A stretch of 64,000 bases of DNA from Lophium mytilinum (taxonomy: Eukaryota): NCBI GenBank assembly GCA_010093605.1, contig MU004184.1, forward strand, positions 2,056,801 to 2,120,800. The letters run 5' to 3'. Position 1 is the stretch's first letter. Each line of letters starts with the position of its first letter. This document shows positions 1-12,753 of the stretch, one piece after another. The notes under the pieces were generated by a model. The model was given only the letters and a program-made list of their open reading frames with translations, did no database searches and was not told the origin of the DNA. A program made the translations under genes and the position numbers.

Positions 1-1874
1 TCATCCTGTTCAAACTCAGTGTCTCCAGTCATAGGCTCGCTGCCATTCGCAGATGGTAGACCCGAAGTGTCAAGTGTTAGAGTTTGTGGCTCTAACAGGT
101 GGACATCGGGAGGTTGCGTGTCCGTGCCATGCTCAGCGGTGGGAGAATCCCCCGAGCTCTGGTCCTCGTCGTTCCGTGGTACGGGTTGTGTACGACCAAC
201 TAGCTTCCCAACCCTTTTACCTGCCAGAACCTCTTTCGACCCCGCACTCTTCAAGTTTTCTTTCGATGCCTTCTCTATGAGAGCTCGCCTATCCGAGACC
301 TTGAGACCTCCAACTGCGATGTTGTTCCTAGTTTTGGGTTTGTCGGACGGCTGATCGCGAGCTGCGGCAGCATGTCTACCAGTACTTCGCGCCCTCGACG
401 CAGATGTGGTTGCCATAGAGACCGGCTGCCTGTCGCGGGAGTGCCGAAGTCGTGGTGAAGTTGGCTGAGGCGGCGCGTGGATGACTGCTTTAAGGAGGTT
501 GGCCCCGTTCGCAGGTTTGTTTGCTGTCGGCCCGCCGTACCTCTTAGAGGTCAAGGTGAGCGGAGGCGGGGTCTTGGTGGTTTTCTGAGGTACGTTCTCT
601 TTCCCGGGATGATATCTGCCCCGAGATCTTCCTTCCCTCCCTGGCGTGTGGTCTAACGATGATCCAGCGCGGGAGGTAGATTGGATGGACGAGCCAGAGT
701 CCGACGTGATGCTAGTTCGCCGTGTCGTTGAAACGGGAATTCTGGAGGGTGGGGAGGCCCTCCTCGCGGCATTCAAGTCGGTCATGCGGGGTGAATGTGG
801 TGAAGTCGGTGAAAAATTGGCCAGGTCTAGCGAATGGTTGTACCGTCCTACCGTTGGTGATAATTGGATATCGCTTCGAGAGCGGCGGTGTCCCCCAGCA
901 GAAGCTGTCCTGTCAGGAGGCAGAACCCCGAGATTCGCTCCTTGCGGTGCTTGAAACGAGGCCTCCACGTTGGACTGGCTCCTCGAGTGGCCAGCAGTAG
1001 AGTTGGTCGGGAATACTCCGGAATCCGAACCTCGACGCCGACTGTCGAAATTCGCGATGCCATAGCCTGGACCTAGCAATCCATCCTGCCCTTCAACAAC
1101 CTCGCCGAAAAAGGGCTGCCGACTCGACTGGAGGTTTTGCGTACTTGCGGCCCCCGAGAGTGCTCCCCTCGCTCCCGAGGACTGTGAGCCCACACTCTGG
1201 CGGGCGCCGTTTGCTCTCCTTGACGCCGCAGGAGAAGCAGGGGCAGGCTGCGGCCGCTCTCTCGGCTTCAGATTGTTGAATTTATATGAGCCGTATGTGT
1301 GTTCCTTGCCGGGTCGGGCAGGAGAGGATGTGGAAGCGGACTGTGGTATCGAGGACGATGATTTCGTAGTCGTTGCTAGGCGAGGCGGTCGGGCCCGGGT
1401 GGTCGAGGAGGGAGAGGCGGTGGGACTTGAATTTGCGGAGGAGTCGAACTTTTGCACGAGGCTCCTTACGGGCGGGCGGGTCGAGGTTGGGAGCGCGGGA
1501 TTCGACTTTGCAGCGGACAGCGACGAGGACACTGGACTGGAAGCAGAGCGCGCTCCGGTGCGCTGAGCAGTGCGCAAGGCCGGCGAGGGCTTTGCGGAGG
1601 CCTGGGAGGCGCCGTTTATGGGGGGCTGGCGCTGGCGGGAGGTGGTGGTCATGTTGGGACCTCCCTCGACGACAATGTCCGGAGGGTGTGGCGATCGTTG
1701 CAGGCTGCCGGCTGGAGGATTATAGGATCGATAGAAGGCATCCGCGTCGTGCTCCGTGGGGTCGTCGGTCACGGAACCATTGACGTGTGCTTCGGGGGAG
1801 GTGGAGTTGAGCCAGTCAGCCACGCCGCCGGTGTAGGCATAGTTGTGATATGAGTGCTCTTCAGGCCCCTCCAT
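1..1874 (-). CDS. Ser/Pro/Arg-rich hypothetical protein, 5' part; runs off the left edge of the window
   Basis: ATG at 1874 (MEGPEEHSYHNYAYTGGVADWLNSTSP...), frame open where I translated it (e.g. QSSRQPFFGEVVEGQDG near 1.1 kb). Probably absent from the ORF track because no stop falls in the window. Divergent from TERT. Confidence 0.65.
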   Translation of the reverse strand, partial: MEGPEEHSYHNYAYTGGVADWLNSTSPEAHVNGSVTDDPTEHDADAFYRSYNPPAGSLQRSPHPPDIVVEGGPNMTTTSRQRQPPINGASQASAKPSPALRTAQRTGARSASSPVSSSLSAAKSNPALPTSTRPPVRSLVQKFDSSANSSPTASPSSTTRARPPRLATTTKSSSSIPQSASTSSPARPGKEHTYGSYKFNNLKPRERPQPAPASPAASRRANGARQSVGSQSSGARGALSGAASTQNLQSSRQPFFGEVVEGQDGLLGPGYGIANFDSRRRGSDSGVFPTNSTAGHSRSQSNVEASFQAPQGANLGVLPPDRTASAGGHRRSRSDIQLSPTVGRYNHSLDLANFSPTSPHSPRMTDLNAARRASPPSRIPVSTTRRTSITSDSGSSIQSTSRAGSSLDHTPGREGRSRGRYHPGKENVPQKTTKTPPPLTLTSKRYGGPTANKPANGANLLKAVIHAPPQPTSPRLRHSRDRQPVSMATTSASRARSTGRHAAAARDQPSDKPKTRNNIAVGGLKVSDRRALIEKASKENLKSAGSKEVLAGKRVGKLVGRTQPVPRNDEDQSSGDSPTAEHGTDTQPPDVHLLEPQTLTLDTSGLPSANGSEPMTGDTEFEQD

Positions 1875-2942
1875 TATGGTCACTTATCATGGGCATACTC
1901 GCATGGTAGGGTCCCGTCGTCGCGGTGGATCGGTCGAGCGCGAATCAAGACAACGAAGGAGTCTGGGACGGGATGCAGCACCAATCAACCGGCGCGGACA
2001 GAGGGGGCTCTGAGCTCCTGGACACGCAGAGTGAAGAGACCGGGGGGTGCCAATCGCCAGCGCAGAGAGACGTCGTGAAGAGCGCGACGCATGGGCCAAT
2101 GGGGGAGGGTATGCGGTCAGGCCGCGAGCAGGTTTGATGCCAGGCGCGGCGTTTCGAAATGGCAGCCAGGGGCGCCGGAGTGAGGCTGGGGGCGCGGGCG
2201 TCTGGACGGCGACGGGATGGATGGGAGAATAGGTGAATAGGCGCGAGGGGTGGAGGAGAGGTGGGAGAGGGCGTGGGAGACTGGGTGGGAGTCCGACGGG
2301 AGGGTCGTGATGCGGCGGATAGCAGCGAGGCCTTCACCTTGGATCAGCGAGCCGTTGTGGGCTGCGCTGTTAATTGGCTTACGGCGGGGCCAGCGGCAGC
2401 GCTCCGGCGAGCACGCGTGGAGCGGGCGGCCAGGCAGGACAGGCGTAAACATGGTGCTGGATCAGGGCAACAATGTGGGAGGTGAGACACCAAGCGTGTG
2501 TGCTTGATTAACTGTCATCTACCGTGTACGCCGTGCCTGGAGAAAGGCAGCTGCTCGTCAACAAAGAAGCTCTCTCCCGCAACACCACGAGCCCGGACTC
2601 TGCCAGCCCGACTGCTCTCGCAGCAGCCTCTTCCAACACCCACCCCGGCCCACGACGCCACCACACGGCTGTCCACCGCGGCCACCGGTACAACGTCTGG
2701 CGGCTTTCGGGGCCTCGTCGGGGAAGGCTGGTGTTGTGGCGGCGAAACTGTGGACTGTGGCCCTTCCCGACCCTGTTCCTGTCTCCAGGTTCCCGGCAGC
2801 TAAGCTCCCTGTCCGCCCTGACGATTGCAGGCGTGGCTGCATTGAGCATCGTCGTCCAGCATCGCCGTCCAGCAGCACCTCGCGACAGTGACATCTCCAT
2901 AGCTACTGGCACAGAGCCCGCGGGAGCAGCGCACCCGGCAGC

Positions 2943-5900
2943 ATGAAGAGGAAACGCAGCCATGGCCAGCCCGTCACGAGTCCTGCGCCGTCGAGCCAAT
3001 CTGCCCTCGCCACACCTCAGGGCGTCGTCCACCCCGTGCTACAGCGCCTCTACCCTCAATTGCAGACCCTGCGCCAGTACCTGCTGTCACGGCTGCCTGC
3101 CTCGTCTAAGAAGCGTCGTCGCCGCATAGAGCAGCTGGGGCAGTCCCCGGACCCCAATCCTAGCCCCGACGAGGATGCAGCCCTGGGCCTTCTCCTCGAC
3201 GCCACTCTGGTCGGCCTCCCCAAGGCTGGCCAGTCTGAATTCGACAAAGATGCAATTGCGCGGGATATCGAGAGCTTCTCGCAACAGCTGCCCGAGTCCA
3301 CCTTGTTCCTCAGCTCCAACCCCGGCCACTTCCTGCAACCAGAGGTATGCTTTTTTTCTCTCATTGGTCTCCTACATATCGTCCTCGTACATGAAGCAAG
3401 AATGATATCGATTCCGAAACAAGCGTGCTGTCTCACTTCTGCCCTCGAACCTCCTGCATACTGACAAATGCAAGACCGTCGACTTCGTGGTATGGCTGCT
3501 TTTCAAGAGACACCACTCCTCCCATCGGCCACCTCATCTGCTCTGCCATGGGTTCCAGCGTGCGTCTGCCCGGGGTCAGAACGACCTCGCACTCGGAGCT
3601 GCTCCCGGCATCCCAGGCATCCTGTCACATGCCTCCAACACCTATGTGGACACCGTCAAAGGGCCACTCTGGTGCAAGCTGCACTCTCACCTTGGACAGG
3701 GAGGCGACCGTGTCATGATGGACCTTCTTCTAGACTGCGGCATCTTTCGTCCGCTCCAAGGCCAGAACGGAAACTACGTCCAGATCAGTGGTTAGTTGCT
3801 TTTGTGTGACTTCAGTCGAGCTTTCTAATATGACCAGGCTTTCCGGTGTCGGAGCTCAAACCGAATTGGGCATCAAAAGTAGGTCCAGACACTATTGCTG
3901 CAAAGGACCCAAAGGCTTTGCCGATGCGCGGCCCCCTTCCAAAGTTCGAGGCCAGAACACCAGCTTCTATCAAATTTGTCCGTAGTCGGATGCTGTATGC
4001 GAGAGCGGCGCTCAATGCTAAGGGCGGAGTGCGCTTCGGCATGCGTCACATTCGTAAGGGTTCCTGTGAGGCAGCACCTGCGCAGTCTACTAATCGGCTA
4101 GACGTTTTGAATCGTTTTTCGGACAGAAATGACCCTCAGCAGACGATACATATCATGAGATATATATTCCCGCGCCAGTTCGGACTGCATAACGTGTTTA
4201 CGTCGACGGTAGATTACCGAGACACCGCTTTACCATTCAAAGACTATACCCTTCGCGAGAAAGAAATCCAGCAGCAGTTCTACCGTGAGTCGTTAAAGCA
4301 CAAGAGCGCGGATGCTAGCATAGAAGGCTTCAAATCGCATGTGCCAAAGAGACTCAGGGGTGAAGCGACAACCCTAGTCAATAGACTCCGGAAGCTAAAC
4401 CAGAAGTGCTCGTATGCAGAACTCCTGCGCCACTATTGTCCGGTCGAGGTAACTATACCGGGTATCCAATTGAGGCTAGAGTTGACTGGTATAGGGTCTA
4501 GATTTATCCCCGAAGCCAAACTGGAGAAGCAACCCACTTCAGCCTACTATGGGCGGGAAAGTGGCTGAAATTAGAGCGCAATGCGATCAGGAAGTCGCTT
4601 TACCCCATCTTGCTCACCGATCTATCGAGGAAACGTGCTTTACGGACTTAGCGTGTCCAGCAGCCCATGTCTCAGCATTCTGTCGCGCAACGATATCGAA
4701 TGTTGTACCCAATGGCTTTTGGGGTGGCGACCACAACAGGCGAATGATCATGAAGTCCGTGGATCAGTTTATTCAGCTAAGGAAGTTTGAGAGTCTTACC
4801 TTGCACCAAGTAACTCAGGGGCTCCAGGTATTCTTCCGAAATGATTGCCATGTGCGCATCTCAACTGACTAGGTTTTAGATTACTGATGTTGCCTGGCTT
4901 AAATCACCAGGCCAGCAATCCAATGATAAAACGTCCAGGTCTGACATAGTAAAACGACAAGAAGTCTTTTTCGAGCTAATCTACTACGTCTTTGACTCTT
5001 TTCTCATCCCTCTCATCAGATCAAATTTTCACGTGACTGAATCCAACGTCCACAAGAACCGCCTCTTCTACTTTCGACACGACGTATGGCGAATGCTTAG
5101 CGAACCTTCTCTGACGAACTTGAAATTGAAGATGTTTGAAGAGCTGTCAACTGAGCGTGCGACGAAGGTATTGTCATCAAGGCCTATCGGTTTTAGCAAG
5201 ATTCGCTTGCTGCCGAAAAAGACCGGAGTGCGACTTATCACGAACTTGAGGAGAAAGCAGCAAATAATGCGAAACGGAACGATGATACTAGGACGGAGTA
5301 TCAATTCCGTCATGACTCCCGTCTTCAATGTCCTGAATTATGAAAAGGTAAGCAGATAAAACTCCATAAAGTGACCGCCGCTTATCAGTGCAGTCTCATC
5401 AACCTGAAAAACTTGGGAGTTCTCTTTTCTCGGTTGGAGATATGTTTCCTAAGCTTGCAGCGTTTCAATCATCGTTGCGAGGACGGGGTCTGTCGCAGTC
5501 TAAGTTGTACTTTGCGAAGGTTGATGTCGAGTCTTGTTTCGACACGATTCCACAGCGGCGGCTAGTCACGATGGCTGATAGTCTTCTTTCTCTCGAAGAA
5601 TACCAGACTGGGCGCCACGCCGAGATGGCCCCCTTGGGGCGTTTGCAGAGCTTGGAGGGATCGTACTCAGACCCTGCTCCTATTACGAGATACGTTCCGC
5701 ATGGAAGGGCTGCAGGCGAGCTTACGTCTTTTGAGGAGCTTCTGCACGACAAATATGTTGGTACTAAAGCGAACACAATCTTCGTTGACTCTGCAGTGCG
5801 ACGATTCGAAACTAAAGACGATATGATGCGGCTTCTTCAGCAGCACGTTGAGCACAACCTTGTCAAGATTGGCAAGAAGTTTTACCGGCAGAAGAATGGT

Positions 5901-7260
5901 ATCCCGCAGGGCTCTGTGCTTTCGAGTCTATTATGTAATTTCTTCTATGCGGAACTCGAGCGAGATCTGTTGAGCTTCCTTAACGAGGACAGCCTGCTGG
6001 TGCGACTGCTTGATGACTTTCTTCTCATCACCATACGGCGAGACCACGCCGAGCGGTTCGTAAGAATCATGCATCAAGGTCACCCCGAATATGGCGTTGT
6101 GGTCAAGGCTGAGAAGTCGTTGGCCAATTTTGATATCGTCCTCCACCCTGATCACAAGATCGCCAAACCAGACTCAGATATCAGCTTCCCATTCTGCGGC
6201 ATACTCATCGACACAGGCACCCTAGACGTTGAGAGGAACCGGGAGGGCAAAGGAAGCAAGTCTCCGATTTCTTGGCCGCTAAATACAGCACTGACGATAG
6301 ACAGACATGGGCGATTCGCTGACAGTGGACATGACCAAGATGCCAGGGCAGACATTCCACCGCAAAGCATTAAAGTAAGTCAATAACGCGCTCCGGATGG
6401 GAGGAAATTGGCGAGTGGCAATGGAGCGTCGTCGTCCAACCGTTGGCCGATACGTATCAGCATTCCTTGCTCCCATCATCCAAACCCCGGGAGGTTTCCC
6501 CTGGAAGAAACTGCTGCGTTCCCCGTCTGGGGATCCCGCCACACACCGGATATTGTTGGCGATCACTTGCTGCCACGCGCAAAGGCTGCCCCTCCACTCG
6601 CTCCACTGCTTGCGAGGATGGTTTTCGCTAATAGTGCTAACCCGGGCATAGCGCATTCAAAATCCAGCTGCACGCCATGTTCCTGGACACGGGCTTCAAT
6701 TCGCTTGACACGGTGCTCGCCAACGTGTACCAAAGCTTCCTGGAAGCAGCGGTGAGGTGTGCTGAATACATGCGCCAGCTTGCCACGTCAAGAAAGCCGA
6801 ATTCGCGACTTCTTATCAGTGAGTGCTCCCCATCCGGTTTGGAGTCGCGACGCTTCAGGCGTTGCTGTCCGCTGTCGATCCAGCCACCACCGGCCCCCTC
6901 ACTAACTAGATGGGTGTTCGGCGCAGAAACTATCGACCATCTCGTCGCGTTGGCCGCAGTCCTGCTTCAGAGACCGTCCAGGCGCGTCACGACCACGCAT
7001 CAGCGGCGGTGTGCAGTCGGCAGACGGCAAGTCCAGTGGTAAGTGTGGCTTGCTCCCTCACCGCATCATCCCGTCTCAAATGCAATAATCTTACGGGCAC
7101 GGGCAGGCTCTGCTGCACTGCTTTCCACGCAGTGTTTCACAAACGACAGACGCAGCATCGCGAGCTGCTGCGGTGGCTGGACTCCAGCCTGGCTGCCGTC
7201 GTGCCGACCTCCCGCGCGGAGCTGCAGCTGTTGGCGGCGGCCACGGCTGGGCGTGCATGA
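2943..7260 (+). CDS. TERT: Telomerase reverse transcriptase, 11 exons, ~1148 aa
   Basis: Exons 2943-3344, 3475-3790, 3838-4053, 4102-4448, 4495-4827, 4880-5347, 5394-6255, 6305-6374, 6652-6818, 6927-7038 and 7107-7260 join in frame. T motif FHVTE..RLFYFRHDVW, motifs 1/2 IRLLPKK..RLITN, motif A YFAKVDVESCFDTI, B' QKNGIPQGSVLSSLLC, C LLVRLLDDFLLIT, E FPFCGILID. Confidence 0.96.
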
Positions 7261-7776
7261 TGGATGCAGAATCATGATGAGGATGACAGCTGCATGACGG
7301 CCAACCTTGGAACAAGCACCGCCCGGCTCTCCCACGGGCGATTGGCGATGCTTGACCGGCCACCTAGATAGTTTTGCACTTAGATAGTAACAAGCTCCTT
7401 CACTGGCTCGTTGACTTGCGTTTGTCTTGGTTCGTGATGCAGGAAAGCGGAAAGGCGGAGGCGACCAGCCACTCCAACCATCCGGTTTCAGTGCGGTGCA
7501 CTTCGAACGTCGAGAGCTCCCAGAGCCGCCGCGGGGAGCCCCCTTTGCCCTATACTCCCTCGCACCCTCCCAATTGCCCTGTATACCGCCATGTACACAT
7601 CTTCAATCGTGCTGCCTTCTCTGAAATCATCCTCGTAATCGACTAGGCCCGCCGTTGCGCCGCCAATCGCGCCGCCTCCCTGGCCGTTTAGCTTGCACAG
7701 GCCCCGTAGTAGTCCAGGGGCAGGTCTTCCCGAAATTGCCCAGTGGATCTAGCAACGGCGTGAGACGACCGCGAGC

Positions 7777-10535
7777 ATGCTCTCCCTCGAGGCCGACAAC
7801 TCTTCCCTCTCGCATCCGTATCCATACCTCTTTGGGCCGCCGTCGCCCCGGCTGAATTCGTTCCCAGAGCATGAGTATGTGCGCTCGTTGATCCGCAGCG
7901 CCGAAGAGCATTGTATCAAGCATCCCCGGATCCACGACCTCTCCGCGTCAAATCCAAGCCCGTTGTGTCCGTTGAAGCTGCAGAGAACGCTCCCGCGCAC
8001 TCTAATGGCCACCATGGTCTTCTCCCGCGAGGCTTCTATGGCCGTAGAACCAGCCCCTGGGTCGCCGCCCGACCTCACGAACAGCAAATCCTCGAAATCC
8101 TCCTCTTTCCACTCATCCTGCCTCAGTGACTTCGCCGGGCCCCACGATATCTCGCACTTCGAGGACATCAACCTAGAGGACTTGCAGGCCGGCCTCCCAG
8201 CGGACCCCTACCACCACTATGCCCCCCACGCGGCCTTTGAGCACGCCCGGCCTCCTGCGCGCTCGTCAGTGTCAGTTCCAGGCAATAGGAGCGGTGCGAA
8301 TGCGGTGAACACGTTCAGGGACCTTACAAGCGGGGGGAAGCCGAGATATCCAAGCCTGAAGGCGCAGACAAGCAGTGTGGTGAGAGGGCAGCCGAATTTG
8401 AACGTCTCGCGACCACTTCGCCGCGGGTTTACCTCTCCTTCTGCCCCCTCGCTCACCAACACCGGCTTCACACCTTCAACACACCGCACTGCATCAAGAT
8501 CGCCCTCCCCTTCGCACTCGCAGGTCTACTCTACTGCCTCCCCCCGCTCCCTCTCGCGGCGGAGCTCAAGAACAAATCTCGACGTCTCCCCCGGCACCGC
8601 CCACAACACCCGGCGGCAGTCGTGGCAGCAGAGCACGCGCAAGACGGTCAAAGAGCGCGAAGCCGAGTGCGATCAAGAAGACGATGAAGAGCTTCCCGAA
8701 GATGCTATCATTCTCGGAGTCCCAATTAGTCCTCGGCCCCCCAGTGAGCGCCGCTTTACAATCTCCGCGAATTCGTCTCCTCCTACGCTCAACCCCTCAG
8801 AGCAAGACCCGCAATCAGCATCCCGCACTCCAGAAGACTCTCGCAATCCATCGCGAGATCCTTCTCCAGCTTCGGCTGCGCCTTTCGACTCCTCTCTAGC
8901 TCTGTCGCACGTGCCGACAGAATCAAGTCCCCCGGTCGGTGGGCAACCACCATTGCGCGCAAGGACGCAGTCTTGGCAGAATACGTACTCAGGCCTAGAC
9001 CCAGACGCGAAATTACTTACGGAAGCATTGGAGCAATATCAAGAAGACGCAGATCAGAGGTACGAAGAAAGAATCCAGAACGGGGGATCGCCTCGCTCGT
9101 CGGAGGAGAAACAGAAGACCAAGACTTCGGTGGTCGAGCTACCACCTCTTAGGACGGGGGACCCACTGGTAGATCCGTTTGGCATATCGAAAGAGAAGGA
9201 GAAGTATCTGTCGCGCACACGTCCTTCGTGGTTGCCACCGAAAGACCCGAAGGAAGAAAAGAAGCATCTCAGGGAGTATAAGAAAATGCAGCAGCGGGCG
9301 CAGGAAGCGAGTAAGTCTACCCTATCTTGAACTGATGTGGCTTGCAAGGCCGCTGGTATACTCGCATGACTCGGGGAAAAAGAAAGAGATGGAAAAGTCT
9401 GAATGGGAATGGGATGGAATGGCTTGCTTACAACAAACACTGAAAAGAAACGCATAAGAAGAGGGCCAAGACGACACAAGGAAAGAGAGAAAAGGAAGAG
9501 ACGGCAACACATTGCCTAGATCAGAGCATGCGAGACCACCAGCGGTCTTCTGGATATTCAGTTCATGTACCCTTCACAAGACTTGAAGCTGACCCCTAAA
9601 CAGAACAACGAGAAACAGAAAAAGCCCACAAAATAGCCCAACTAAAGCAAGAGCTCGAAATGGCCCGCGGAAAGCACTGGGAAGAGGTGATCCTACCCAC
9701 CCTGGGCAATCCAGCGATCCAGTTCGACTACAGCGGCAATCGCAAGCAATGGTGGTCCGGCATCCCCGAAAAAACCCGCGGAAGAGCCTGGGAAGGAGCC
9801 GTAGGCAACGAGCTCGAACTCTCCCCCGAATCCTTCGCCGCAGCGTTGAACAAAGCAAAGCTTCGTCAGGAAGAGCTCGAACTTACCAAAGACGTCAATT
9901 CCCCCGAGTATGCCATCTACACCCTCATCCACTCCTCTTTCACGAAGGATGTCTACCCTGAGCTCGGCCTTTTCCAGGATGATCAACCCTTACATCAAGA
10001 ACTCGTCGACCTATGTCTAGCCTACACCTCGTACCGCCCAGACACGCTGCGTTTCGCCTCGCACATCCCCTCCCTCGCCGCCGTGCTCATGCTGCACATG
10101 CCGCAGCCACAGGCCTTCATGTGCATGGCCAACGTGCTCAACCGCCCGGTACCCATGTCCTTCCACACGGCCGACGCGTCGGGCAAGCACCAAACGTACC
10201 AGCTCACGTTCGACACCATCGCGAAGAAGCTGCCCGCGCTGTACGCGCACTTCATGGCCGTCGACGTGCCCCCGGAAGTCTTCGACGCGTTCTTCCTGAG
10301 CGTCTTCACGCGGGCGCTCCCCGTGGACTCGGCGTGCCGGCTCATGGACGTCTATGTGTTTGAGAACGACAAGACGCTCATTCGCGGGATTTTAGCCGTG
10401 CTGACGCTGCTGGAGCACGAGTTGTACGGGTCTAGGAAGGAGATTATGGGCGTTTTGGGGGGTTCTTTCCACGGGCTGGCTAAGGATGAGGCGCATTTCG
10501 TGGACGTTTTCATGAAGGCGGGGAAGGCGAATTAA
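7777..10535 (+). CDS. TBC (Rab-GAP) domain protein, TBC1D12/14-like, with long disordered N-terminus
   Basis: Intron 9311-9603 (GTAAGT..CTGAC..CAG) joins the two ORFs in frame. C-terminal WWSGIPEKTRGRAW, YPELGLFQ, LAYTSYRPD, RLMDVYVFE. The start may be the downstream ATG at ~8006. Confidence 0.85.
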
Positions 10536-10888
10536 GACGGTTTGGTGGATTATGAGGCGAAAGAGGGCCTGGTGCTTATGACGGTTAATGCGGCTGCCGG
10601 AGTAGACGCTTTCTGAGGTGTTTGTAGTAATTATGGACAGCGTCCTGCTACTATTTGGCGCTTCTTGTACGATGTTTCTGGGGCTAATTCTAACGGCTTA
10701 CCGCAGGATAGCTTCTAGGGTCCGGATTCGGCCGGTGGTTAGATGATTCTGCGGGGGTTTTGAGGATATTGAGGGCCGTCTGGGCTATGTGTGGCTGAGA
10801 GAGGAGGATGTCAAGCTCGTGAGTCCCTATATCAGGCATTAGTTCACTGCTAACCATATTCTAGGCCTCTGGCATGCTGGCTGCGATT

Positions 10889-11398
10889 CTAGCACCGTTT
10901 TGCTGTGACTTTCCAGCATCCATAGCCTTCTGTTCCTCCCCTTAATGTTGTGGTCGAGAGCGAGCGGCGATGTCTCGTTCCAGAGCTGCTGAAACGCCCT
11001 GCCGCCTCGGGAGAGCGGTGCAATACGTGCGGAGCCGCTCGAGCTTCGATTAGATGTATCCAGCGGCTCCTGGTGCGTGTCTGGATCTCCAGGCCGTGGT
11101 GTTGAGGCAGCGGAGGAGGTGGTGAAGGAGCTCCGTCGCAATGAAGGTGTTCGATTTGGAAGGTGTAGGTGGCTGGCCCGAGGTAGTGGTGAGGAATGTG
11201 AACCACGGCTCGGGGTTCAGCTGGGTGCCACGGTTCGCGAGGCCGCGGATCTGGCAGCATTATCCGCCCTGGATATTGACCGCTTGGTGTTTTCCGAGTT
11301 CCTGGAGTTGTGGTGGTGTTGGGGGAGGTGGAGGAGGGTTGGAACCACCCATTCCCAAGGTTTAGGGCGGCGAATCCATGGTGTTGCGGATTTGACAT
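10889..11398 (-). CDS. Orphan Pro/His-rich ORF (169 aa), doubtful
   Basis: ATG-initiated ORF only, with no recognisable domain. Confidence 0.25.
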   Translation of the reverse strand: MSNPQHHGFAALNLGNGWFQPSSTSPNTTTTPGTRKTPSGQYPGRIMLPDPRPREPWHPAEPRAVVHIPHHYLGPATYTFQIEHLHCDGAPSPPPPLPQHHGLEIQTRTRSRWIHLIEARAAPHVLHRSPEAAGRFSSSGTRHRRSLSTTTLRGGTEGYGCWKVTAKRC

Positions 11399-12753
11399 CC
11401 TGAGCAGCCCAGAGTGTGTTGTTCAAGGGGTGTCTCACACGGATATCCGCATTGCCATTCCCGTGGTTTTGGAAGCCTGAATTGAGGGTATTCACAGCCC
11501 TATCACCCCATTTCCCACCCCCAGACGTCCCTTTCTGCACCCCCCTTGCCGCCGTCAGGGGTGCACATTCCATAGAATCGAAAATTGAGGCAGATGTCAT
11601 TTCCACAGCGTCAAAACCGCATCCCCCATCTCAAAACACCATAAAACCACCAAAAAAGCCGCTATCACCACCAAAAAATCGCCAAACACACTCCTGACCC
11701 TCTAGAATTCAGCCGGATGCTCTAACCTACATTTCTGCTGAATCCCAGGCCTTAGAATCCCTTAAAACCAAGGAGAAAGCTAGGGAATAGAGGATATCTC
11801 TGGTTAAAATGGATATCCCCAGCGCCTTGATTTATCAGGTTTTATGGAAGAAAGAGGTCCCAGGCTCTAGATGGCTGGGCCATTGCTTAGAGGCCATCAG
11901 GAGAATGCGGCCCGGCGATTTGGGGTCTTGGGAGGCTCTGGGGAGGCCTGGGGATCGAGTTGGGATCACGGGAGGGTGCATGTTGGGATGAGGTTTGGTG
12001 GGATTTGGTCACGTGGGGGATGTTTGATGTCTGAGGAGGGCATTGCTATGGCATTGGAGCATTGGAGTATCTCTAGCTAATGCGGGTAGGCTATGCTATG
12101 TAGAGTTTATCAAAATAGCACGTATAAACATAGGGAAGCAAGATGTTGGATATTCCAAGTCGTTTTCCCAAGATGGGTTCCCCAGGTGGGTTCCGAGACT
12201 GGAGATTTTGGGTCCCTGAGGTCGCTTTTTTCTGTTAAGGTTTCATTGTCAAGGTTGCAAGATTTATTTCTTCTCTCAGTTATTACTATTAGACTCTTTC
12301 CATCAGACGGCACGGCTCGTTCGCGATGTCAGGACTTTGTTCTACAGAAAGAGATTTATATTGCGGCACAGCAAAATTAGCGCCCGAGGCTGAGGGCCCA
12401 GCCTGGACCCCACGTTTCTTCGCCGTGCTTGGGGTCTAGTCAAACGTCTCAGAGCTGCTTATCATCAGAAGAGGGCTGGTCTATGGCGTAGGCGATATGT
12501 TATTCGTGGGCGGCTTTGCCGCCCGACTCCGTCCTGGGTGCATCCCATCCCCGGACTCGTGAGCGCCTGGCGACAGTGTCGCCAAATCGCTACTTTTCTA
12601 CTTCCCAACCTTACTTTCACGTAGGCTCCATCCCGATACTGGTGCTGTTGACCAACACCGTGTCCATAGAGGACTTTCATCGATTGATTCGTATTGCATA
12701 TCTAGCAACATCTTTCCCGTTCATCCACACTCAAGAACCTGGGTTCATACAAT

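Noticed and set aside
19..1853. Plus-strand ORFs in the first 2 kb and other antisense ORFs over real genes
   Set aside because: Shadow ORFs of GC-rich coding sequence on the opposite strand or in another frame.
5388..6386. Retrotransposon reverse transcriptase
   Set aside because: The telomerase T motif, N-terminal TERT regions and spliceosomal introns, with no gag, integrase or endonuclease, identify it as TERT.
12010..12040. Possible terminal inverted repeat matching ~21948-21970 and bounding the island
   Set aside because: Only ~24 bp of gapped similarity, and the right-hand sequence is explained as a copy of the neighbouring gene's 3' end.
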